Shown: positions 8,538-16,236 of the stretch, one piece after another
Position numbering within the stretch: the stretch's first letter is position 1
How the letters are laid out: every line of letters begins with the position of its first letter
DNA from: Deltaproteobacteria bacterium
GTDB taxonomy: Bacteria; SAR324; NAC60-12
Direction of reading: 5' to 3'
DNA length: 64,000 bases
NCBI GenBank assembly: GCA_038150265.1
Contig: JAYOTF010000001.1
Location: forward strand, 32,665-96,664
Notes under the pieces: generated by a model
What the model was told of the DNA's origin: nothing
Database searches by the model: none
Seen by the model: the letters and a program-made list of their open reading frames with translations, nothing else
Position numbers and translations under genes: made by a program

Positions 8538-11225
8538 ATGAAAGCAGAAGCCCCCAAGGCCATCCGACTCGCCGACTACACCCCCCCGGCTTTTGAAGTC
8601 GAGTTCATCGACCTGTACGTGGAGCTGCACGACAACGAGACCCTGGTCACCGCGACCCAGAAGCTCCGGAGGCTCGGCGATCAGCCTGCCCCGCTGGTGC
8701 TCAATGGACAGGAGCTGGAGCTGCTGGAGGTCGCTCTGAACGGAGAACCCCTTGCTAGGGGCGCCTACCAGGTCAGCGACGACGCCCTCACGATTCCGGA
8801 AGCGCCAGCTGAGCTGACCCTGCAAACCGTGGTGCGGATTCATCCGGAAAAGAACACGGCGCTGGAAGGCCTCTACCGCTCCGGGAGCATGTTCTGCACG
8901 CAGTGTGAGGCAGAGGGCTTCCGCAAGATCACCTACTTCCAGGACCGTCCGGACGTCATGACCCTCTTCACCACCACGGTGGAGGCGGATGCCACGAAGT
9001 ACCCCGTGCTGCTTTCCAACGGCAACCCCGTCGATTCCGGAACCCTCGAGGAAGGCCGGCACTGGGTCCGCTGGGAAGACCCGTTCCGCAAACCAGCCTA
9101 CCTCTTTGCTCTGGTCGCCGGAGACCTCGGTGTGCTGGAAGCCGCCTTCACCACCGCGTCCGGACGCTCGGTGGCGCTGCGCATCTACTCTGAGCACGAA
9201 AACGTCCCGCGCCTCGGGTATGCCATGGAGTCCCTCAAGCAGTCCATGAAGTGGGACGAAGAGCGCTTCGGGCGTGAGTATGACCTCGACATCTACATGA
9301 TTGTCGCCGTCAACGACTTCAACTTCGGCGCCATGGAGAACAAGGGCCTCAACCTCTTCAACGCCAAGTACGTGCTTGCCGATCCGGAGAGCGCCACCGA
9401 CAGCGACTTCTACCACATCCAGGCCGTGATCGCGCATGAGTACTTCCACAACTGGACCGGGAACCGTGTCACCTGCCGGGACTGGTTTCAGCTCAGCCTC
9501 AAGGAAGGCCTCACCGTGTTCCGGGACCAGGAGTTCAGCTCCGACCTCAATAGCCGACCCGTCAAGCGCATTGACGATGTGAACGTGCTCCGGAACCATC
9601 AATTCCCGGAAGATTCCGGCCCCATGAGCCACCCGGTCCGTCCAGATACCTACCAGGAGATCAACAACTTCTACACGGCCACCGTCTATGAAAAAGGCGC
9701 CGAGGTCATCCGGATGATGTACAACCTGCTCGGACGTGACGGCTTCCGCAAGGGCATGGACCTCTACTTTGAGCGGCATGACGGCCAGGCGGTGACCTGC
9801 GACGACTTTGCAGCAGCGATGGAAGCCGCCAACGCGGTGGACCTGCAGCAGTTCCGGCGCTGGTACTCCCAATCCGGAACCCCGGAGTTGAAGGCATCCG
9901 GCCACTACGATGCCACCGCCCAAACCTACACCCTCACCGTGGAACAGTCGGTCCCGGATACCGTTGGGCAAAACGGCTTTGGCTTTGCCGCCAAGCAGGC
10001 AGCAGGTGCGGAGGCTCTGCAGAAGCAGCCCTACCACTTTCCGCTGGAAGCCGGCCTGCTCGGCGCTTCCGGAAACCCGCTTCCGCTCTTTGTGGCAGGC
10101 GCTGCTGACGGCCAGGAAACGGCGGTTCTCGAAGTCCGGGAGGCGCAGCAGGAATTCGTCTTCACACAGGTTCCGGAGCCGCCCATTCCCTCGCTGCTGC
10201 GTGGCTTTTCCGCTCCGGTCAAGCTGCACTTCGACTACACGGATGCCCAGCTTGCCTTCCTCATGGCGCATGATGCCGACCTCTTCAACCGCTGGGAAGC
10301 CGGCCAGACGCTGATGGTCCGGATCGCCCTCCAGCAGGTGGAGCGCCTCCGAAACGGCGAGCCCGTGGCGCTTCCGGAGGTCCTGCAGGCCGCCTTCGGA
10401 AGCCTGCTGGCTGATGCGGCCACCACCGACGCTGCGCTGCTGGCCCAGGCCCTGACCTTCCCGGATGAGCGGTACCTTGGCGAGCAGATGGACGTGGTGG
10501 CCGTGGAGGAAATCCACCAGGTCCGGACCCGGCTGCTTCAGCAACTCGCCGAGGCCTTCTCGGAGCCACTGTGGCAGCTGTACCACCGGTTGAACACTCC
10601 GGAACCCTACCAGCCCGATGCAGCCAGCATGGGACGTCGGGCGCTGAAGAACCGCTGCCTGTCGTACCTGACCTGCCTTGAAACCAAGGAGGCTCGGCAG
10701 CAAGCGTACACGCAGTTCCGTGAGGCCACCAACATGACCGACGTGTCCGGAGCCCTTGCGGCGCTCATTCATCAGCCCTGCCGGGAGCGCGAGCAGGCCC
10801 TTGCGCTCTTCTACGAGCGCTGGCAGAACGACCCGCTGGTCATCACCAAGTGGTTCACCTTGCAGGCCATGTCGTCGCTGCCCACCACGCTGGAGACGGT
10901 CCGGACCCTGCTGGCACATCCAGCGTTTGACCTCAAGAACCCGAACAAGGCCCGGGCCTTGATTGGGGCCTTTGTGCACTCCAACCCCACTCAGTTCCAT
11001 GAAGCCTCCGGAAAGGGGTACCGCTTCCTCACGGAGCAGGTCAAAACCCTCAACCGCCTCAACCCGACGATTGCAGCGCGGCTGGTGGGCGCCTTCAACG
11101 CGTGGAAACGCTACGATGCCGATCGGCAGGCCATGATGCAGGCTCAGCTGGAGGAGATCAACCAGATCTCCAACCTCTCCGGAGAAGTCCAGGAAGTCGT
11201 CTCCCGGGCGCTGGCTCAGGCATGA
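8538..11225 (+). CDS. pepN: Aminopeptidase N (M1)
   Basis: TQCEAEGFR, GAMENKGLN, HEYFHNWTGNRVTCRDWFQLSLKEG (HExxH...E) and YEKGAEVIRM. Confidence 0.97.
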   Translation: MKAEAPKAIRLADYTPPAFEVEFIDLYVELHDNETLVTATQKLRRLGDQPAPLVLNGQELELLEVALNGEPLARGAYQVSDDALTIPEAPAELTLQTVVRIHPEKNTALEGLYRSGSMFCTQCEAEGFRKITYFQDRPDVMTLFTTTVEADATKYPVLLSNGNPVDSGTLEEGRHWVRWEDPFRKPAYLFALVAGDLGVLEAAFTTASGRSVALRIYSEHENVPRLGYAMESLKQSMKWDEERFGREYDLDIYMIVAVNDFNFGAMENKGLNLFNAKYVLADPESATDSDFYHIQAVIAHEYFHNWTGNRVTCRDWFQLSLKEGLTVFRDQEFSSDLNSRPVKRIDDVNVLRNHQFPEDSGPMSHPVRPDTYQEINNFYTATVYEKGAEVIRMMYNLLGRDGFRKGMDLYFERHDGQAVTCDDFAAAMEAANAVDLQQFRRWYSQSGTPELKASGHYDATAQTYTLTVEQSVPDTVGQNGFGFAAKQAAGAEALQKQPYHFPLEAGLLGASGNPLPLFVAGAADGQETAVLEVREAQQEFVFTQVPEPPIPSLLRGFSAPVKLHFDYTDAQLAFLMAHDADLFNRWEAGQTLMVRIALQQVERLRNGEPVALPEVLQAAFGSLLADAATTDAALLAQALTFPDERYLGEQMDVVAVEEIHQVRTRLLQQLAEAFSEPLWQLYHRLNTPEPYQPDAASMGRRALKNRCLSYLTCLETKEARQQAYTQFREATNMTDVSGALAALIHQPCREREQALALFYERWQNDPLVITKWFTLQAMSSLPTTLETVRTLLAHPAFDLKNPNKARALIGAFVHSNPTQFHEASGKGYRFLTEQVKTLNRLNPTIAARLVGAFNAWKRYDADRQAMMQAQLEEINQISNLSGEVQEVVSRALAQA

Positions 11226-11608
11226 AGGCGCTGCTGACCAGCCTCTTGCTGCTTGTGCCCCTTCTCGCATCAGCAGAGGTGCGCTTCACGCTGCAAAAGG
11301 GGCGGCTGCCGCAAGGGCCAATGGAGGACTTCTCCACCCGCGTTCCCCCCAAGGCGGGCGACCTGGGTTTTGTGCAGGTCGGAGACTTCGGGTGTGAGCT
11401 GGAGCGCCTGACGGAGCTGTATGACGAGGTCATCTGGGTGCATCAGGTCCGGGTGCGGTGCACGCTGCCGCAGGAACCGGCTCATGCCATTGGCTTTGGG
11501 GTCGTCTGCAACACCGGCTCCGAGAACCGCGACAAGGCCCACCTGACCCTCCGGAGTCCAGACGCCGAGTGGCTGCTCAACCTGCGGTGCGAAAACCAGG
11601 AGCCCTGA
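11222..11608 (+). CDS. Hypothetical secreted protein (4 Cys)
   Basis: Signal peptide MKALLTSLLLLVPLLASA; ATGA overlap with the pepN stop. Confidence 0.7.
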   Translation: MKALLTSLLLLVPLLASAEVRFTLQKGRLPQGPMEDFSTRVPPKAGDLGFVQVGDFGCELERLTELYDEVIWVHQVRVRCTLPQEPAHAIGFGVVCNTGSENRDKAHLTLRSPDAEWLLNLRCENQEP

Positions 11609-11687
11609 ACCCGTTCAACGGAGCTTGCAGGTTTGCCTCGACTCCCGGAGAATCGGTGCACCTGATTCCCGTCCCTGTAGAGAACTG

Positions 11688-12173
11688 ATGCGAGACCTGA
11701 CGTTACGCGAACAGATTTTGATTGCCATTATGCTGGCCCTGATGGTGGGGCTGGTCGGGACCTGGCTGAACCAGCAGGTGCTGCAGGAGCAGACCCGGCT
11801 GGAGGAACAGCTCGCGTCTCGCAAGCAGCAGCTGAATGAAATTCGGCGGCTCAGCGACGAATGGCAGGGGCTCCAGCAAGAACCCACAGCTCCCCTGATG
11901 AAGCAGCCCCTCAGCTCGTTTGTCGAGGGCATTGCGCGAGACATTCGGGTTCAGGACCACCTGCAGATCAATGCCCTCAGCAACCCTCCGGAGGGCACCG
12001 AAGGCGTGCAGGTGCTGCTGGACCAGCTGCAGCTGGATGACCTGATGGCGGTCCTCTACCGGCTGGAGAACAACCGTCCGGTGCTGCGTCTCTCTCAGCT
12101 GGACCTCAGTGTTGCCCCCGGAAGTCGCCTGGTTCGGGCTTCGTTTCAGGTCCACAAGCCCTCTGGAAGCTGA
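11688..12173 (+). CDS. Type II secretion GspM/PilO-like inner-membrane protein
   Basis: LTLREQILI followed by one TM helix, a coiled coil and a ferredoxin-like C-terminus (LMAVLYRLEN...LRLSQLDL). Lies next to a GspN-like gene. Confidence 0.7.
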   Translation: MRDLTLREQILIAIMLALMVGLVGTWLNQQVLQEQTRLEEQLASRKQQLNEIRRLSDEWQGLQQEPTAPLMKQPLSSFVEGIARDIRVQDHLQINALSNPPEGTEGVQVLLDQLQLDDLMAVLYRLENNRPVLRLSQLDLSVAPGSRLVRASFQVHKPSGS

Positions 12174-12200
12174 CGTGGCTTCTCTTCCTGCAAGGTCCTC

Positions 12201-13100
12201 ATGCGCTGGCTGAAACGTCTCCTCATCACCCTCCTGATCCTCATCCTGCTTCCTGCAGCGGCGTTTTGGGGGCTCAAGCAAAACTTTCCCGGAGACAACG
12301 TGGCGCAGGTGCTCGAAGCCCAGGCGCTGAGCCAGGCGGGCCTGCCCCTCAAGGTGGCTCCCCTGCAGCTCGGGTGGACGCAGCTGGAGCTTCCGGAGGT
12401 GGCCCTGCTGCCACCGGCTACGTGGCGTCAGGCCCCGCAGGTGAAGCTGGTGGTGCTGGAGCAGCTGCGGGCGCCCTTCCTTCCGTTGCTTTCTCAGGAG
12501 GCTCGTTTGGAGGGAGAAATGCATGGCGGAGCCTTGAAGCTCACCGCCTCCGGACTGCCTCAGCCGCATCAGGTTCGGGCTCAGCTGGAGGGCCTGCAGC
12601 TCAACCGGATGCCGCTGGTGGCGCTCTTTCCGTATGGGACCCTTTCCGGAACCGTCTCCACCGAGGTTGAGGTCCGGAACGTCACCCCACTGCTCCGCCG
12701 GCAGACCTCGCTTCCGGAAGGGGACTTGAAAGGGAATATCACCAATCTCCGGGTCCGGCTTTCCGGGCTGGACCTGATCCTTCCCGGCATGGTGGTTCCG
12801 GACCTCGTCTGGCCGCTCATTCGCTACGACGTCACCCTCGGCGAGCAGTGGGTGTTGAACGAGTTGACGCTGCAGGGAAGCGTCAACGGTACAGTGACGG
12901 GCACAATCCGTCCGAATGTCCAAAAACCGGCAGACTCGCAGCTGGACCTCCGGGCCCAGATCACGCTGCCGGCAGAGATTCTGCAAACTTTGGGACCGCT
13001 GGCGCTCATGCTGCGGCCCTATCAGTGTGGTGTGGAACTTCGGGTTCGCCTGCAAGGCACCCCGGCCCGGCCCATCACCCGACCTGGAGCTTGCTCATGA
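12201..13100 (+). CDS. Type II secretion system GspN-like protein
   Basis: N-terminal anchor followed by NFP, a beta-rich body and a C-terminal LRVRLQGTPARP motif typical of GspN/AsmA-like proteins. Confidence 0.65.
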   Translation: MRWLKRLLITLLILILLPAAAFWGLKQNFPGDNVAQVLEAQALSQAGLPLKVAPLQLGWTQLELPEVALLPPATWRQAPQVKLVVLEQLRAPFLPLLSQEARLEGEMHGGALKLTASGLPQPHQVRAQLEGLQLNRMPLVALFPYGTLSGTVSTEVEVRNVTPLLRRQTSLPEGDLKGNITNLRVRLSGLDLILPGMVVPDLVWPLIRYDVTLGEQWVLNELTLQGSVNGTVTGTIRPNVQKPADSQLDLRAQITLPAEILQTLGPLALMLRPYQCGVELRVRLQGTPARPITRPGACS

Positions 13101-14161
13101 ACTGGAAAAAATGGATCCTTACCGGCCTCGCAGTAGTTCTTGCTGGAGCCGGACTCACAGGTGGCTACGCCTGGCACCTCTACCACAGCCCGGCCAGCAC
13201 CGTCTTTTCAGAAGAACCCGCCCGCATTCTGGTCCCACGCGGGACCGTCTTTTCGGAAGTCACCGACCAGCTCCGGGAGCAGCAGATGCTGGCCCACCCG
13301 CAGCTTTACAGCTTCCTTGCCAACTGGATGAAGGCTCCGGTCCGCCTCCAGATCGGAGAGTTTGAGCTCTCCCGGAACATGACCACCGCTCAGGTTCTGG
13401 AACACCTCATCACCGGACGGGGCATCCTGAGACGCGTCACCATTCCAGAGGGAAAGACCTTCCGGGAAATTGCCCAGCGCCTGGGCTCGGCAGGCCTGGG
13501 TGACCATGACCAGTTCCTCGCCCTCAACAGCGATCCGGACCTGCTCGACAAGACCGGCGTCCCTGAGGTGACCTCGCTGGAAGGCTTCCTCTTCCCCGAG
13601 ACCTACTTCTTCTCCCGGGCTCAAAGTCCACGGGAGATCCTCGGGGTGATGATCGATCACTACCGGAACGTGGTCACCGATTCGATGCGGGAACGGGCGC
13701 AGGAGCTTGGACTGAACGAGTACCAGCTGCTCACCCTGGCCTCCATTGTGGAGAAGGAAACCGCCAATCCGCGGGACCGCGACAAGATTTCCGCCGTCTT
13801 TCACAATCGCCTCCGCAAGCGCATGCGCCTCGACAGCGACCCCACCGTGATTTACGGCATCCCGGACTTCAACGGCAACCTCACCCGCAAGGACCTGCGG
13901 CAGGATCATCCGCACAACACCTACACCAATTACGGGCTGCCCCTCACGCCCATCAGCAATCCGGGCCTGGATGCCATCATGGCCACCCTCTACCCGGCGA
14001 AGGTGGACTACCTGTACTTTGTCGCCCGTGGAGATGGAACCAGCCACTTCTCGAAAACCCTCCGGGAGCACAACCGAGCGGTCTCGTACTACCAAAAGAA
14101 CCGACGCAACCGGCAGCTGATGCGCGACAACAAACTCAAGCTGCTGAAACAGGACACCTGA
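13097..14161 (+). CDS. mltG: Endolytic transglycosylase MltG (YceG)
   Basis: VTIPEG, LEGFLFPETY, LASIVEKE, VFHNRL..MRLDSDPTVIYG, NTY..GLP..PI.NPG and YLYFVA. Confidence 0.96.
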   Translation: MNWKKWILTGLAVVLAGAGLTGGYAWHLYHSPASTVFSEEPARILVPRGTVFSEVTDQLREQQMLAHPQLYSFLANWMKAPVRLQIGEFELSRNMTTAQVLEHLITGRGILRRVTIPEGKTFREIAQRLGSAGLGDHDQFLALNSDPDLLDKTGVPEVTSLEGFLFPETYFFSRAQSPREILGVMIDHYRNVVTDSMRERAQELGLNEYQLLTLASIVEKETANPRDRDKISAVFHNRLRKRMRLDSDPTVIYGIPDFNGNLTRKDLRQDHPHNTYTNYGLPLTPISNPGLDAIMATLYPAKVDYLYFVARGDGTSHFSKTLREHNRAVSYYQKNRRNRQLMRDNKLKLLKQDT

Positions 14162-14195
14162 CCTCGGGTTTCCCTCACCTTTTCAAGGAGCCAAC

Positions 14196-14924
14196 ATGAG
14201 CCTTCAGACCCAGACCCTTCCCTACTCAGCCGGATCGGCCTCGATGCACGGCTACCTCGCTCACAGCGACTCGCTTTCCGGACCAGCCCCCGCCGTGCTC
14301 GTGTTCCCCGAGTGGTGGGGCCTGAACGACTACATCCGGTCCCGGACCGAACAGATGGCAGAACTCGGCTACGTGGCCCTGGGGGTGGACATGTATGGAG
14401 AAGGCCAGACCGTGGACCATCCGGAGCAGGCTGCCGCACTCATGAACGGCGTCCTCAATGATCCGGACGCCCTCAAGGAGCGCTTGCAGCAGGCGTACGC
14501 CACACTGGCGAGCCACCCGGCAGTGGATCCGAACCGAATCGGGGCCATCGGCTACTGCTTCGGAGGCGCGCTGGTGCTCAACATGGCTCGCTTCGGCATG
14601 CCCCTCAAAGCGGTCACCAGCTTCCATGGCGCACTGGATTCGGCTCACCGGCCAGCCCCCGGAAGCGTTCAGGCCAAGATTCTCGTTTGCCACGGCGCTG
14701 CTGACCCGTTTGTTGGAGAAGAGTCGGTGGCCGCGTTCAAGGCAGAGATGGAGGAGGCCCAGGCTGATTACGAGTTCATCGCGTATGACAACGTGGTCCA
14801 TGGCTTCACGAACCCGGCAGCGACGGAGCGTGGAGAGAAGTTTGGGCTGCCTCTGAAGTATGATGCCGACGCCGACCAGGCCTCGTGGAACTCCATGAAG
14901 GCCCACTTCACCAAGCACCTGTAG
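14196..14924 (+). CDS. Dienelactone hydrolase family protein
   Basis: PEWWGLN, GYCFGG nucleophile, HGA.DP and HGFTNP; AAGGAG RBS. Confidence 0.93.
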   Translation: MSLQTQTLPYSAGSASMHGYLAHSDSLSGPAPAVLVFPEWWGLNDYIRSRTEQMAELGYVALGVDMYGEGQTVDHPEQAAALMNGVLNDPDALKERLQQAYATLASHPAVDPNRIGAIGYCFGGALVLNMARFGMPLKAVTSFHGALDSAHRPAPGSVQAKILVCHGAADPFVGEESVAAFKAEMEEAQADYEFIAYDNVVHGFTNPAATERGEKFGLPLKYDADADQASWNSMKAHFTKHL

Positions 14925-14927
14925 GCT

Positions 14928-15791
14928 TCAGTCCAGGCGCTCGAAGAGGACGTTCCGGAACTGGATGGTCCACTGGAACACGTTGCTTCCGCAGCTTCCG
15001 GGGAAGGTGGCCATCGACTCGGTGGTAAGCGTCCAGGTCAGGTCACGGCCCCAGTCCGGGTGGGGCAGTTCGAGAAGGGGAATCTCGCTCAGGTCAAAGG
15101 TGGTCCCATCCAGGCTGAGGGAAACGTAACGTCGGGCTTCGAGATCGGCCACCAGCTGCAGCGTGTGCCAGTCCAGATCCGGTGTCAGGTGCGCCTCCGT
15201 GCTTTCCAGTCGCAGGTAGCTGGGGGCTTCGGCACTTGTGTACACCCGGAACCGTCCAAAGTCAGCGGCCCACGGGTTGAGATCCCAATAAATGGCCGCT
15301 TCCAACGACACCTTTTCGGTGTTGTCCCACACCTCATTTCGCCCATCCCAAAACTGAATCATCTGGTGCATCGCGTCCCCGTTTTGTACCTGACTCACAA
15401 CCGGACGGGGGAGTTCCTTCAAACGGAACTGATACGTGTAGCGGTAGGTCCCCAGCGCAAACGAGGCGTTATCGGAGAAGCGGTCGACAAACTGCTTCCC
15501 GCCAATGGCGTTGACGTACAGCCCTTCCCCCCGGACGTTGCTGGTCACCTCACCGTAGTCGGCAAAGGATTCAATCGCCACATCCTCTGCCGAGCAGGTG
15601 CAGCTCAGCGTGCCGCCAGGGTTGCACTCGGGAAAGACGGTGTGTCCAGACAGGTTGGACGATTGATAGAGCGGCGTCCAGGAGGATGCAGGGGGGTCTT
15701 CAGCAGGGGGGCTGCAGGCGAGCAGGAAGGCCAGCCCTCCCCCAAGGAGAAAGAGACGGAGCGAAGCATTGAGCTTCTGCCAGTGCAGCAT
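14928..15791 (-). CDS. Hypothetical lipoprotein, possible lectin/ConA-like beta-sandwich
   Basis: Lipobox-like LLAC after a hydrophobic stretch; aromatic, beta-rich body (DLDWHTLQLVADL). Confidence 0.65.
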   Translation of the reverse strand: MLHWQKLNASLRLFLLGGGLAFLLACSPPAEDPPASSWTPLYQSSNLSGHTVFPECNPGGTLSCTCSAEDVAIESFADYGEVTSNVRGEGLYVNAIGGKQFVDRFSDNASFALGTYRYTYQFRLKELPRPVVSQVQNGDAMHQMIQFWDGRNEVWDNTEKVSLEAAIYWDLNPWAADFGRFRVYTSAEAPSYLRLESTEAHLTPDLDWHTLQLVADLEARRYVSLSLDGTTFDLSEIPLLELPHPDWGRDLTWTLTTESMATFPGSCGSNVFQWTIQFRNVLFERLD

Positions 15792-15815
15792 GGGGAAGGA
15801 GCGGAAAAGAGGCGA

Positions 15816-15831
15816 GGCCCCGGAAGGGGCC
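15816..15831 (-). terminator. GC hairpin after the 94-aa gene, possible intrinsic terminator
   Basis: GGCCCC-TTCC-GGGGCC on the minus strand, followed by TCGCCTCTTTT. Confidence 0.35.
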
Positions 15832-15840
15832 AGGGGGGAG

Positions 15841-16125
15841 TCAGGACTTGGGCGTCATCTGCTCAATATTGTGCATCCATTCTTCCGTCATCTTGCGCAT
15901 CTCGGCCATCATCTGATGGGTGTTGCGGAACATCTCGTCCACCATGTTGAGGTGAACCTCCTTGATGCCCTTGACCGTTGACCCCATGGGGGTGTGCTCA
16001 ATGGCCGAGTAGGCGGACTCCAGGGCCTGACGCTGGAAGGATTCAATCTCCTCCAAATTCTTCTGGTACTGGTCGGCCCAGCTTTGGAAGGACTGCTTCA
16101 TGGTATCCATTGGTTGATTGCTCAT
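15841..16125 (-). CDS. Small alpha-helical protein, phasin-like
   Basis: 94 aa, Met/Gln/Glu-rich amphipathic helices; GAGGT RBS before the ATG at 16125. Confidence 0.6.
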   Translation of the reverse strand: MSNQPMDTMKQSFQSWADQYQKNLEEIESFQRQALESAYSAIEHTPMGSTVKGIKEVHLNMVDEMFRNTHQMMAEMRKMTEEWMHNIEQMTPKS

Positions 16126-16236
16126 TTTACCTCTACGGAAAGTGGACAGGAGCGGGATGGACAACGAACTGGGCACTACAAATATAGGAGCTCCGCACAA
16201 AACGCAAGGGTCGATCCCGCTGGATACCTTAGGGTT

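Noticed and set aside
8001..11270. 1089-aa antisense ORF over pepN
   Set aside because: Shadow ORF on the opposite strand, produced by high-GC codon bias; no motifs, while the sense gene is unambiguous.
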